Positions 13,841-26,279 of a DNA stretch of 64,000 nt are shown piece by piece (positions within the stretch are counted from its first letter, which is position 1; the number at the start of each line of letters is the position of its first letter). Source of the DNA: Chiloscyllium plagiosum (Eukaryota). Where the stretch lies: positions 54,655,864 through 54,719,863 of the forward strand of contig NC_057718.1 of the NCBI RefSeq assembly GCF_004010195.1, given 5' to 3'. The position numbers and the translations under genes were made by a program. The notes under the pieces were generated by a model, which saw only the letters and a program-made list of their open reading frames with translations, searched no databases and was not told the origin of the DNA.

Positions 13841-13910
13841 CTCTGACATTTCGCTTCGACTTCTTCCTAGTTTAGGTTGTTGATCCACTGGGGCATAAAC
13901 AAGCAGCTTC
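13841..13910 (-). CDS. PSME4: PSME4 coding exon 21/24 (70 nt)
   Basis: aattag|(Q)KLLVYAPVDQQPKLGRSRSEMSE|gtaaaa. Confidence 0.95.
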
Positions 13911-14079
13911 CTAATTAGGAAAAAAAAGTCATTAGATTTTCTCTTGCATCTATGCTTCAACTGTTCTTTTAAAAACACTTCCCAAATCTTCACTTTCTTT
14001 ACAACCTATTATAATACTGTCTATTAACATACTAGACATAAATTAATTACATGACTAAAATAAAGTCAGGACTACAGCT

Positions 14080-14170
14080 GCTGATAAAGGGCTTAAGCCT
14101 GAAATATCAAATCTCCTGTTCCTGGATGCTGCCTGACCAACTGTGCTTTTCCAGCGCTAAACTTTTTAGA
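14080..14170 (+). mobile_element. Degenerate PLE pseudo-LTR (family B)
   Basis: ctgataaagggcttaagcctgaaatatc..ctcctgttcctggatgctgcctgacc; decayed copy of the 57618 element. Confidence 0.65.
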
Positions 14171-14309
14171 CAGTTTAATGATGTACATTATATGCATGAG
14201 CAATGCTTCTAATAACAGAATATTTTGACCCAATTCGCTGGTCTTGAAAATATTTCTAATTGCTTAAATATTGGAATTACAAATCACTCGTCATTTGTTC
14301 TGTTAATCA

Positions 14310-15375
14310 ATAGACAATAGGTGCAGGAGTAGGCCATTCTGCCCTTCGAGCCAGCACCACCATTCATTATGATCATGGGTGATCATCCTCAATCATTATA
14401 CTGTTCCTGCCTTATCCCCATAACCCTTGATTCCACTATCCTTAAGAGCTGTATACAAGTCTTTCTTGAGAGTATCCAGAAACTTGGCTTCCACAGCCTT
14501 CTGAGGCAGAGCATTCCATACACCCACCACTCTCTGGGTGAAGACGTTTCTCCTCAACTCTGTTCTAAGTGACCTACCCCTTACGCTTAAACTGTGTCCT
14601 CTGATTCGGGACTCACCCATCAGCGGAAACATACTTCCTGCCTCCAGAGTGTCCAATCCTTTAATAATCTTATACGTCTCAATCAGATCCACTCAGCCTT
14701 CTAAACTCAAGCGTATACAAACCAAGTCGCTCCAATCTTTCAGCGTAAGATAGTCCCGCCATTCCGGGTATTGACCTCATGAACCTATGCTGCACTCCCT
14801 CAATAGCCAGAATGTCTTTCCTCAAATTTGGAGGCCAAAACTGCGCACAATATTCTAGGTACAGTCTCACCAAGGCCCAGTACAGCTGCAGAAGGACCTC
14901 TTTGCTTCTATACTCAATTCCTTTTGTTATGAAGGCCAGCATGCTGCCTCCCAGCTTTGTGTCATCAGCAAGTTTGCTAATATTATTTTTAATACCTTCA
15001 TCTATATCATTAATGTACACTGTAAAAAGCTGCGGTCCCAGCACTGATCCCTGGTCACCGTCTGCCATTCCGAAAAGGAGTCGTTTATCACTACTCTTTG
15101 TTTCCTGTCAGCCAACCAATTTTTAATCGATGTCAGTATTTTGCCCCTAATTTTGCTCACTAACCTCCTAAGTGGGACTTCATCAAAGGCTTTCTGAAAG
15201 TCCAGGTATACTATATCCACTGGATCTCCCTTGTCCATCTTCAGAGTTACATCCTCAAAAAATTCCAGAAGATTAGTCAAGTATGATTTCCCCTTCATAA
15301 ATCCATGCTGTGACTCTGACCTATCCTGTTACTGCTATCCAGATGTGTCGTAATTTCATCCTTTATAATTGACTC
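14310..15375 (-). mobile_element. CR1-like LINE, RT plus 3' end, with internal deletions
   Basis: ORFs with YLTNLLEFFE, YLDFQKAFD, QGSVLGPQLF, LADDTKLGG, FTQRVVGVWNALP. Confidence 0.92.
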
Positions 15376-15451
15376 CATTCATACTGAGCAATCTCCAAGG
15401 ATTTGAATGGAATTACTCTGATGGCTTACATTTCACCAATCCCATACTTAC

Positions 15452-15602
15452 TGAGGCCATGTATAGTACCCCCAGTGTGTCTTTTCCACAAATAAGCAGG
15501 CTTCCCATTCATCCTTAGTCCTTGGCAAATTGGAGCTATCGTAATGAAGCCACTTGTTATCAGGCCTGTCTCCTGGCTGGGTTATTGCTGGATGAGAGCC
15601 AC
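15452..15602 (-). CDS. PSME4: PSME4 coding exon 20/24 (151 nt)
   Basis: aactag|(C)[49 protein letters not shown]+CA|gtaagt. Confidence 0.95.
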
Positions 15603-15750
15603 CTAGTTAGGAAGTTCCCACAATTAAAAATGTGGAATATTTTTAAGGGCTTCAAAAAATAATAAAGCAGAAGGTTCAAAAGACTTGTTTAAAATTTTCA
15701 CTAATAAATAAAACTGTAGAAAATGAACTTGAAAAAAACATTAGAAGTAA

Positions 15751-16069
15751 AGATTAGATTACTTACAGTGTGGAAACAGGCCCTTCTGCCCAACAAGTCC
15801 ACACTGACCCTCCGAAGCGCAACCCACCCAGACCGATTCCCCTACATTTACCTCTTCGCCTAACACTACGGGCAATTTAGCATGGCCAATTCACCGAACC
15901 TGCACATTTTTGGACTGTGGGAGGAAACCGGAGCACCCGGAGGAAACCCACGCAGACACGGGGAGAATGTGCAAACTCCACACAGTCAGTCACCTGAAGC
16001 GGGAATTGAACCCAGGTCTCTGGCACTATGAGGCAGCAGTGCTAACCACTGAGCCACCGTGCCGCCCAC
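15751..16069 (-). mobile_element. HE1-type V-SINE, full length
   Basis: Reverse complement of the SINE seen at 42344 and 62424. Confidence 0.9.
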
Positions 16070-17057
16070 ATTTACACAATAGTGTAACATACTTGCGAGA
16101 AGCAAGTAACTTTAGACCTATCGTTTCCAAAGGTTTCCAGCAATGGATTTTGTCTTAACTCATGTCTGGATTTGACAGACTTCTTGACAGATTTCTTGAC
16201 AGATACCGATTGCTAATAAATAGTCAATTATGTCATTATTATTCCATCATGTCTACCAGGATGGCAGACAGTTGTGTTAGAGCTTTATCTTTCTCGTCCA
16301 ACATTTCCTATTTTCCACCAGAATAATGGCACATTCAGCATATCAAATCACCATGTGATTTTTACTTGTAGTGATTGAAACATCTTTGTTCACATTTTTA
16401 ACGTCTTGAGCGAATATAATAATGCAAAATAAAAACTTCTGAGAGGTAAAGTAAAATGTTTTAAATAGTGAAAATGTTTGCAAAGAAGTAGTTCAAATGT
16501 CTTTTTGGATCATGGATACAGTTATGAACAGCAACGCCAAAATATCTGACTAGCGCCAAGTACGGTGATCACAGGAATACAGCAAGGAATGTTAAACCTT
16601 TCAAAGGAACGCTCAAAAACAGGTATTTCGACTAAGGTGTCATTTCAAAAATGTCTTAACTCTGTAATATCTTCCTATGAGGGCTGAGTATTAAAATCAA
16701 GTGCCAGTCAAGTCATATGATGGAAGCATTTCCAGAGATTTGAATGTGCCCAAAGACATACCATATGATTTAACTGTACTCATTATGACCATGGTCTTTT
16801 CAGTGAATGCCCTTCACAAGTGAAAGCAAATTCTCCTCCTTGCAAGTTTTCTCTTAAAAATCAATGAAAAATAAAACATTGACAAATTTGAGGGGTTTCC
16901 AAAATTGTTTGAACTTAACTCACTTTAATGAGCAACCCAGGTTCTAAATTAGCAATTTGCTCAAACAGTTTGCATATTTAAAATTACTTTAAGTCCATTA
17001 ACATTTAACTGAGAATATGATCAAGGAAATAATCACTGAAAGGTCAATTCTACTTAC

Positions 17058-17139
17058 AAACAGTGTATGGATCAATCTCTATTTTTTTGTGAGGTCTCTT
17101 CAGCTGCTTCATGATGCCAGCCACAGCAGATATTGCCAT
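17058..17139 (-). CDS. PSME4: PSME4 coding exon 19/24 (82 nt)
   Basis: cttcag|[27 protein letters not shown]+T|gtaagt. Confidence 0.96.
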
Positions 17140-17463
17140 CTGAAGATGAAATTAATTTAGCAATGGTCACATGTGCAATTTTGGGGACATCATATTCTGC
17201 CTGAAAGTTCGAGGTCCCAACAAGATTTCACCACCTGCTGCATGTTTTAGGTTGCGGTAAATTTATTTTGGATCTTATTTGCACAAACAGGCAGACTGCA
17301 GAGGTTGTGGATGCAGTCCAGGCAAGCGTCCTTGCTCAAGTGACAGAAATAAGTCTGCCAAAAGGCAAGGTGACTTTTGAAATATGCTGCAAAGCTGCTC
17401 AGCTAAAGCCTTTTCTCTGCCTGCACTTGATCAACAGTAAAGGAGGGTAAGATCAGGCCTATC

Positions 17464-17528
17464 GTGGGGTGCGGGGGGAGGGTGCGGGGGGAGGGTGCGG
17501 GGGGGCAGTGGGGGTGCAGTTGGTGGGC
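17464..17528 (+). repeat. G-rich short tandem repeat (GGGTGCGGGGG[G]A)n
   Basis: gtggggtgcgggggagggtgcggggggagggtgcggggggcagtgggggtgcag. Confidence 0.8.
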
Positions 17529-18329
17529 ATGGCAGGGATGCCTAGTGAGGCCAAAAAAGCCCTACACCCCCAACACTAGACAGGTTCTTCGGTGTGTGAC
17601 AGCACCAAGTTCACCATATTCCCCCATCCCTGCAAAACCAGGTGACTTGAGGTGTGCCTGGGAGATGAGAAGAGGCTCCAAGTTTCACTGTAGAGACACA
17701 CAATAGGTTCAGATGTTGGGCAGAAGCCATGCCGTGGTACCCAGCTGCAGGGGCTTAACATGGTAAATTTCATTGTTACACTAAACCTTTCTATCCAGAG
17801 CTTATCTCATTGCACTTAATGTTTGCAGAATGAACAATTCAGTTGAATGATATTTTTACAGCCAGACTGGAAATTATTTATTATCTGTAGTACATGAAGC
17901 CACTGACCCCATACAGCTCAGGCATGAAAATTAACAATGAACATTCATTCTTTCAGCCTTTTAGATAATATTTTTGTAAATATCAGCTCAACACAGCCAT
18001 GCTATGTCTCATGTCAGGAGAAGATAGCTTTTTAAAAAGTACAATATCATGTGACATTATTATATAAAACATGCTGGCAAGTTTGCCAGGTTCCAAAGTC
18101 AGGTGAGAATTGATCGAGTGAATTCACTGAAACTGAGCCCTATCAGCTAACAATTGTTTTTCAGGAGGGAGGACACTTCTCATATCATCCATAAGCATAG
18201 TAAAGTGCTGGTGATTCCATTTTTCTTGCAACTGGCAAAGTACACCACACAATGACAAATTAAGCAGTAAACTTGCAATTCTTCTCTTTGATTGCTAGGC
18301 ATGTGAAATTTAACAGAAAGAAAACTTAC

Positions 18330-18459
18330 CTTCCGGACTACTAAAGCATCATGATTAAGACTCTGAATAAAGAACTTGATTCCTCTTGTAGGTAGTGGGA
18401 CATCATCTCTCAGTAACAGGGAGAGGAAACCAATGGCTATTTGTTCAAATTTCCATGGT
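18330..18459 (-). CDS. PSME4: PSME4 coding exon 18/24 (130 nt)
   Basis: tttaag|(L)[43 protein letters not shown]|gtaagt. Confidence 0.96.
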
Positions 18460-18927
18460 CTTAAAAAAAAATCAAACCCCTGATCAAAATTTAAAGCCTT
18501 TTACAAGGTTTGTTAAAGGATTTGTTGGAAAACATCATAATTAATGATAATAATACAATGCTAAAATTTCCATATTGGTGTTCCAGCCAAGGTTGCAGGG
18601 CATTAACAGTCACTCTTTATATATGAACCGAGCCAATGAATAAGTGCAGGATGAATGACTATTCATCCAGGCAAGACAGATACAATCCTTAACCATTGAT
18701 CACATTCATGCACATTATCAATGATCATTAGACATCATCAGAAGTATAAGTAGCAGCTGTAGCTGCCAATCAACTTGGTTATGATCTACTTGGGAAGGTG
18801 TGCTTCAGCCCAGTTATTTTACTAAAACTCCCCAGTTTTCCCATCTGATTTAATCATATCAACATGTTCCTGTATTTAATGAGAACTACCGTTTATTACA
18901 AATAAATACATTTCATCATAGGTAAAC

Positions 18928-19858
18928 TGTTATGGACTCGGCCAAACCACTGAAAACATTCTTAAGCAGGCAGCCCAGGCCATAACTTTGCAATTTGTTT
19001 CGATAAGATTAGATTCCCTACAGTGTGGAAACAGGCCCTTCGGCCCAACCAGTCCACAACGACCCTCCAAAGAGTAACCCACCTCGACCCATTTCCCTCT
19101 GACTAACGCACCTAGCACTATGGGCAATTAACCATGGCCAATTCACCTTCACCTTTGGACCCTGGGAGAAAACCAGAGCACTGGAGGAAACCCACGCAGA
19201 CACTGGGAGAATATGCAAATTCCACACAGACAGTTGCCAGAGGCTGGAATCGAACCTGGGACCCTGGTGCTGTGTGGCAGCAGTGCTAACCATTGAGCCA
19301 CCATGGTAAGTGTACAGTGAAAACTACCCGGAGTAAGTTAGCGAGGTTGACTACCAGGTTTTAATACACAAAAATTTATTAACAAAATTACATAATGAAA
19401 CACAAACAGAAGAAAGAACCCCTGCAGAACTCAATCTATCCAAACTAGACTTAATTATGCTGTTCCGAATGTACACAACAGTCTCACTAAGCAAGCCACC
19501 TGGAAACACAGTTATCAAAAAATGGAACAGATGCTTACAGGTTGACGTTAGAAGGGCAGAAAGAGAGAGCGCGCCTGTTTCCACAGCGAACTCCTAACTA
19601 GTTCTGGACTGAACTGCACAGCCAGAGAGTTGACACTCTTTCATTATACAGGTCACTTCTGAAACATGACTGCTTTGGCCTGAAGTCTCATCTGTTTACA
19701 TATAAACAAAAAGGCCTCTCAATACCCTTTAATCTATGTACCAAATCAGTCTAATCAGAACCGAGAGCTGGTTTATGACCCCTCCAGAAAAAAACCAAGG
19801 ACACAGTATCCTTGAGAAAAGAAACAGCTTTTAGAAAAAAGGGACCAGCTTTGTGACA
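18928..19858. mobile_element. Solo LTR, same family as 12115-12741, opposite orientation, with nested SINE
   Basis: tgttatggac...ctttgtgaca is the reverse complement of the 12115-12741 termini; body homologous. Confidence 0.72.
19006..19305 (-). mobile_element. HE1-type V-SINE (older copy) nested in the solo LTR
   Basis: Head, V-domain and tail recognisable on the minus strand. Confidence 0.85.
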
Positions 19859-19893
19859 AACAAAATTATGAATTACAATCTATAAATATAACT

Positions 19894-22268
19894 TAGTCAT
19901 AGAGATGTACAGTATGGAAGCAGACCCGTCGGTCCAACCCATCAATGCTGACCAGATATCCCTACATTCTATATCTTCCATAGACTTTTCCACAGTAAAT
20001 ACTGATGCAAAATACTTGTTTAATATCTCTCCCATTTTCTGTGGCTCCACACAAAGGCCGCCTTGCTGATTTTTGAGGGGTCCTTTTTTCTCTCTCTAGT
20101 TACTCTTTTGTTCTTAATGTATTTGTAAAAACTCTTTGGATTCTCCTTAATTCTATTTGCCAAAGCTATCTCATGTCCCCTTTTTGCCCTCCTGATTTCC
20201 CTCTTAAGTATACTTCTACTGCCTTTATACTCTTCTAGGGATTCACTCTATCTATCCTTATCCTATCTATACCTGACATATGCTTCCTTCTTTTTCTTAA
20301 CCAAACCCTCAATTTCTTTAGTCATCCAGCATTCCCTCTACCTACCAGCCTTTCCTTTCACCCTAACAGGAATATATTTTCTCTGGATTCTCGTTATCAC
20401 AGTTATTGCCTTTGTTGTTTGAATTCATGTATCACTGGACAGTGCAGTGTTTTGTAGAGGAATAAGATGGTGTTATTTTCTGGGTCTGTAGATCATGAAG
20501 GAGCAAAAATGGCCTTTACTAGAGTGATATGTGCTTCTTGTCAGATGTGGGAGTTCAAAGAGAATTTAAGGGTTACTGCGGATTATATCTGCAATAGATG
20601 CTGTTGATTGAGAATCCTATCAGATCGGATGGATCGGTTGGAGAGACGGTTAGAGGCAATGAGGAATTTGCAACAGCAACAGTATGTGATGGATGGCAGT
20701 TTTTGGAGGAGGGAAAGTCACAGATACAGTCACATAGATGGGTTAACTCCAGGAAAGGTAAGAGAGGTAGGCAGCTAGTACGGGAGTCTTCTGCGGCTAT
20801 CCCCATTTCAAACAAGTATGCTGTTTTGGAAAATGTAAGCAGTGATCGACTCACAAGGGAATGTCACACAAACAGCCAAGTTTCTGGTATTGAGACTAGC
20901 TGTAATGCAATGAGGGGTTTGTTAGGTTCGAAGAGATCAATTGTGTTAGGGGACTCTTTAGTCTGAGGTACAGACAGACATTTCTGTGACCAACAGCAAG
21001 AAAACAGAATGGTGTGTTGTGTCCCTGGTGCCAGGATCAAGTATGTCACAGAGAGGGTGCAGAATGTTCTCATGGGGGAAAGGGGCCAGCAAGAGATCAT
21101 TGTCCACAATGGAACCAACAACATAGGAAGGGAAAAGGTGGAGATTCTGAGGGGAGATTACAGAGAGTTAGGCAGGAATTTAAAAAGGAGGTCCTCAAGA
21201 GTAGTCATATCTGGATTATTCCCGGTGCTATGAGCTGGTGAGGGCAGGAATAGGAGGATAGAGCAGATGAATGCATGGCTGAGGAGCGGGTGTATGGGAG
21301 AAGGATTCACATTTTTGGATCATTGGAATCTCTTTTGGAGTAGAAGTGACCTGTACAAGGAAAACAAATTGCACCTAAATTGGAAGGGGACTAATATACT
21401 GGCAGGGAGATTTGCTAGAGCTGCTCGGGAGGATTTAAACTTCTAAGGTGGGTTGGGGGCATCGACCCAGGGAGATAGTGAGGAAAGAGATCAGTCCGAG
21501 ACTGGTACAGTTGAGAACAGAAGTCAAACAGTCAGGGCAGGCAGAGACAAAGTAGGACTAATAAATTAAACTGCATTTATTTCAATGCAAGGGGTCTAAC
21601 AGGGAAAGCAGATGAACTCAGGGCATGGTTAGGAACAAGGTACTGGGATATCATAGCAATTACAGAAACATGGCTCAGGGATGGGCAGGACTGGCAGCTG
21701 TAATGACAGCATCACAGCTGTACTGAGGGAGGATATTCCAAGAAATACATCCAGGGAAGTTACTTGGGTGGAACTGAGAAATAAGAAAGGGATGATCACC
21801 TTATCGGGATTGTATTATAGACCCCCTAATAATCAGAGGGAAATTGAAAAACAAACTTCTAAGGAGACCTCAGCTATCTGTAATAACAACAGGGTGGTTA
21901 CGGTAGGGGATTTTAACTTTCCAAACATTGACTGAGACTGCCATAATGTTAAGGGTTTAGATGGAGAGGAATTTAAGTGTGTACAAGAAAAATATCCTGA
22001 TTCAATATACTAGAGAACGTGCATAACTTGACCCACCCTTGGGAAATCAGGCATGGCAGGTGACCGAGGTGTCAATGGGGAAAACCTTGGGGCCAGTGAC
22101 CATAATTCTATTAGATTTAAAATAGTGATGGAAAAGGATAGACCAGATCTAAAAGTTGAAGTTGTAAATTGGAGAAAGGCCAATTTTGACGGTATTAGGC
22201 AAGAACGTTCAAAAGCTGATTGGGGGCAGATATTCGCAGGTAAAGGGACGGCTAGAAAATGGGAAGCC
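19894..22268. mobile_element. Rearranged CR1-like LINE: 3' part on minus (19894-20398), inverted 5' part on plus (20399-22268)
   Basis: Plus part has ORF1 (ATG 20509, MAFTRVICASCQMWEF; IVLGDSLV; IIVHNGTNNIG esterase motifs) and EN. Minus part has the ORF2 segment following that breakpoint, plus the 3' tail. Confidence 0.85.
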
Positions 22269-22627
22269 AATTCTAAAATGTAGAATCCCGACACAGATGG
22301 GTGGTTGAGTGGACAAAACATATATCAGGAAACACATTCCAATAGCATCAGTTCACAGGCTTCAATGAGGTGTTCCTTTCTCTTCCCAAGCAAAACCATC
22401 TGCTCTCATACCCTCCTTTCAGATTTTCAGTTCTTGTTAAGGAGGCAGAGAACTTACACATTAATTGTTCAGTTTCAGGCTTTGGTTAGATGCATCAGCT
22501 GATAGCAAATGGTGGGAGAGAACAACTGACCATCTCTACGTGTGAAAGTCTTTGCTGCAGAGATATATAGAGTCAAGTCCTATTTCTTCCAGTCTGAAGA
22601 CTCACTGTATTATTCATACACACACTG

Positions 22628-22697
22628 AGGATATCACCGAGACGGGACGAAACGTCTGCAACACAAATTCCCAGCTCTGCGAACAGAACCACAACAA
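22628..22697 (+). mobile_element. ~70-bp PLE remnant (family C) consisting almost only of the hammerhead motif
   Basis: Homologous to 5400-5475; flanked by direct repeat catacacacactg (22615-22627, 22698-22710). Confidence 0.72.
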
Positions 22698-23369
22698 CAT
22701 ACACACACTGTTCAGCTTCCCAAGATCCAATTAGAGGACTGTTGTCAGGTTGATGACCTCTGGTATCCACAACTGGTCACAATTGCACAAACCAGTCAAT
22801 CAGCAATTTGTTGCCAGTCAAGTCTTACTCTCTGCACTCACAATGTCTTCTCTCTCCTCCCCAACTGCTTGAACAAAGCAATGTAAACACAATTCACAGT
22901 GAATTCCAGAAACGTTGTTTTAGTTTTTATGAAGTTCCTTAAACAGGGCTTAATTTTTAAAACAATCCTTTTCAATGCTCAATCAAATATAAAGAAAAAT
23001 AAAAAGATAAAGTTATTACAGGATTGTAAACCCGATTGCTTGCCTGTGCAGGTAAACAGTCTGTGCAAACGGGGGCTGGCATTTAACCTTTGCCACCAGC
23101 ACATCTTTTGTCCCAACACAGGGAACAAATATCTTTTCTAAAGTTCATCATATGTACTGCATCACTGCTGTGTACTTCCCATGAAAATCTGTTGAGCAAC
23201 TCCTTGTAAGCATTTCTCCCATAGTCTAACTTTTTTCTGCACGAAAGTGTCAACTCCATCTCAAATCAAGCTAGGGATGCAAACTTGAAATGTCGCGTAC
23301 TGGGAAGCTACTAGATGACGGACTGAGCTATCAAGCTTAAACAAAAATACATAATTTTTAAAAACTTAC

Positions 23370-23423
23370 AAGTTCCGCTGGTCAAGTAAGTCCAGTAAGG
23401 TATCTATTAGCTTCTTATAATTC
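23370..23423 (-). CDS. PSME4: PSME4 coding exon 17/24 (54 nt)
   Basis: gtttag|(R)NYKKLIDTLLDLLDQRN+TT|gtaagt. Confidence 0.93.
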
Positions 23424-24047
23424 CTAAACAATAAAGAGAATTCTTAATTATGGACAATATTGAACACAGCCCTCATTTTTCATTTACAGGCAATCCCCAC
23501 TAAAGCGCTGGCGTCATTTCTGAAAATCACTACTTTAAATAAAATGATTAAGTGAAACATGGTTTGCCATAAGAATTAATTAATACCAGGGTTAGGTTCC
23601 TGCAGATTCTGTGAAGTATAAAACAATGCCCAGGTTGAAATACCATATCACACCATGTATTCCTTGCTGAATTAACTTACCAACTAAAATAAACCATAAA
23701 TCTAAAAGGAAATACCATATACAGTTAACGACATAGTATTGTACAAAATAATTACACATTATTCTATTGTACATTAAGATTCACCAGGTTCCAATAAGTG
23801 GCAGACATTGATCAATACAAGCATCAGCTCACCAAGAATATCTGCACTGTCCAGTCTCAAATCTAGCATTTCAATGCACAACAGAAGGCTACAGCTGTGA
23901 GTTGAGAAAAACCTTGGTCCAGATAAAAACAGATTTGGGATAGAAACTGAGGGAGTCAGGGTGGGAGCTTGTGGGAAACTGGGCAGAGTACCACAGCAGA
24001 TAAAGAATCTGGTTTGGCAGGCAGAGAACCAGAGCTGAAGACACCTC

Positions 24048-24376
24048 AGAATCCCGACAGTGTAGAAGCAGGCCATTTGGTCAATCAAGTCCACACTGAC
24101 CCTCCGAAGAGCATCCCACCCAGACCCAACTCTACCCTATCCCTGTAACTCATAGCTAATCCACCTAGCCTGCACATCTCTGGACACTATGTGCAATTTA
24201 GCATGGCCAAGCCACCTAACCTGTACATCTTTGGACTGTGGGAGGAAACTGGAGCACCTGGAGGAAACCCACGCAAACACAGGAATAATGTGCAAATTCC
24301 ACATAGTCACCCAAGTCTGAAATCAAATCTGGGACCCTGGCACTGAGGCTGCAGTGTTAACCACTGAGCCACCATG
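24048..24376 (-). mobile_element. HE1-type V-SINE (older subfamily)
   Basis: V-domain and tRNA-like head on the minus strand. Confidence 0.82.
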
Positions 24377-24479
24377 GCACCTCTGGTCACGATTCGGAGA
24401 TGCTGGTGTTGGACTGGGGTGTACAAAGTTAAAAATCACACAACACCAGGTTATAGTCCAACAGGTTTAATTGGAAGCA

Positions 24480-24514
24480 CACTAGCTTTCGGAGCGACGC
24501 TCCTTCATCAGGTG
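24480..24514 (-). ncRNA. Minimal type-I hammerhead ribozyme motif in PLE pseudo-LTR
   Basis: CAC-CTGATGA-A-GGAGC gtc GCTCC-GAA-AGCT-A-GTG on the minus strand. Confidence 0.68.
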
Positions 24515-24789
24515 ATTGTGGAGGGCTCGATCGTAACAGAATTTATAGCAAAAATTTGCAGTGTGATGTAACTGAAATTATACATAGAAGAATTGATTGT
24601 CTGTTAAGCCTTTCATCTGTTAGAATACAGTGATAGTTTCACTTCTTTCATGTGTAAATCACAAAACCCTTTTTTTAAAAAAGTTGCATTCTCGGGTTAG
24701 CTGTTAACAATGGTGATAGCTAGACAATATGTTGAAGATGTTAGCCCCCTGTGTTCTCTGTCTATGACCTGATGTTTAGATTGATTCTA

Positions 24790-26279
24790 TGTGAGAATCT
24801 CTCTGGCTATGTGGAAGGCATCTTGAAACCTATTGTACAGGGGATCCCCAGCTTCTGTCGCGACACTACGGATTTCTTACAGAAACTCAGCACCCATGGA
24901 CCAGTCGAACCAGGAACGTTCCTCGTCACAATGGATGTTTCCGCACTCTACACCAACATCCCCCACAATGATGGCATTGCGGCAACAGCCTCAGCACTCA
25001 ACACCAACAACTGCCAGTCTCCAAACACCATCCTACAACTCATCCGCTTTATCCTCGATCATAACGTCTTCACCTTTGACAAACAATTCTTCATCCAGAC
25101 ACACGGAACAGCCATGGGGACCAAATTTGCACCCCAATATGCCAACATTTTTATGCACAGGTTCGAACAAGATTTCTGATCTATGCAGGATCTCCAACCG
25201 ACATTGTACACCAGGTACATTGATGACATTTTCTTCCTCTGGACCCATGGCGAGGAGTCACTGATAAAACTACACAGTGACATCAACAATTTTCATCCCA
25301 CCATCAAACTCACCATGGACTACTCTCGACTGTCTGTCTCATTCTTGGACACTTGCGTCTCCATCAAGGACGGATACCTCAGCACCACAGACTACCGCAA
25401 ACCCACAGACAACCTCACAATGCTACACTTCTCCAGCTTCCACCCAAAACATATTAAAACAGCCATTCCCTATGGACAAGCCCTACGCATACACCGGATC
25501 TGCTCAGATAAGGAGGAACGTGACGGACACCTGGAAGTACTCAAGGATGCCCTCACAAGAACGGGGTACAATGTTCAACTCATCAACCACCAGTTCCGAC
25601 GTGCCACAGCAAGGAACCGTAATGACCTCCTCAGGAGGCAGACACGGGCTGCAATTGACAGGGTACCCTTCGTTGTTCAGTACTTCCCAGGGGCTGAAAA
25701 ATTACGCCATGTTCTTCGTGACCTGCAACACATTATCAATGAAGATGAGCACCTCACCAAGACCTTCCCCACACCTCCACCACTTGCCTTTAAACAACCG
25801 CCAAACCTCAAACAGATCATTGTACGTAGCAAACTGCCAGGCTCTCAGGACAACTCCATACAACCCTGTCACGGTGGACGCTGCAAAACGTGTCAGATTG
25901 TGGACATAGATACCACTATTACGCGTGGGAACACCTCCCACCGTGTACATGGCAGGTACTCATGTGACTCAGCCAACATTGTCTATCTTATACGTTGCAG
26001 GCAGGGATGCCCAGAGGCATGGTACATTGGGGAAACTGAGCAAAGGCTACGACAACGGATGAATGGGCACTGCACAACAATCAGGAGGGTTCCCTCCCAG
26101 TTGGGGAACACTTCAGTGGTCCAGGACATTCAGCCTCGGACCTTCGGGTGACCATCTTCCAAGGTGGACTTCGGGACAGGCAGCAGAGGAAAGTGGCTGA
26201 GCAGAAGCTGATAGCTAAGTTCGGTACCTATAGGGAGGGCCTCAACCGGGACCTTGGGTTCATGTCACATTACAGGTGA
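24790..26279 (+). pseudogene. PLE reverse transcriptase / GIY-YIG endonuclease ORF, disrupted
   Basis: LVTMDVSALYTNIP, QTHGTAMGTKFAPQYANIFM, RYIDDIF, PCHGGRCKTC linker, VYLIRC..WYIGETEQRLRQRMNGH; in-frame TGA 25177-25179, frameshift near 26085, end ..GLNRDLGFMSHYR*. Confidence 0.92.
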
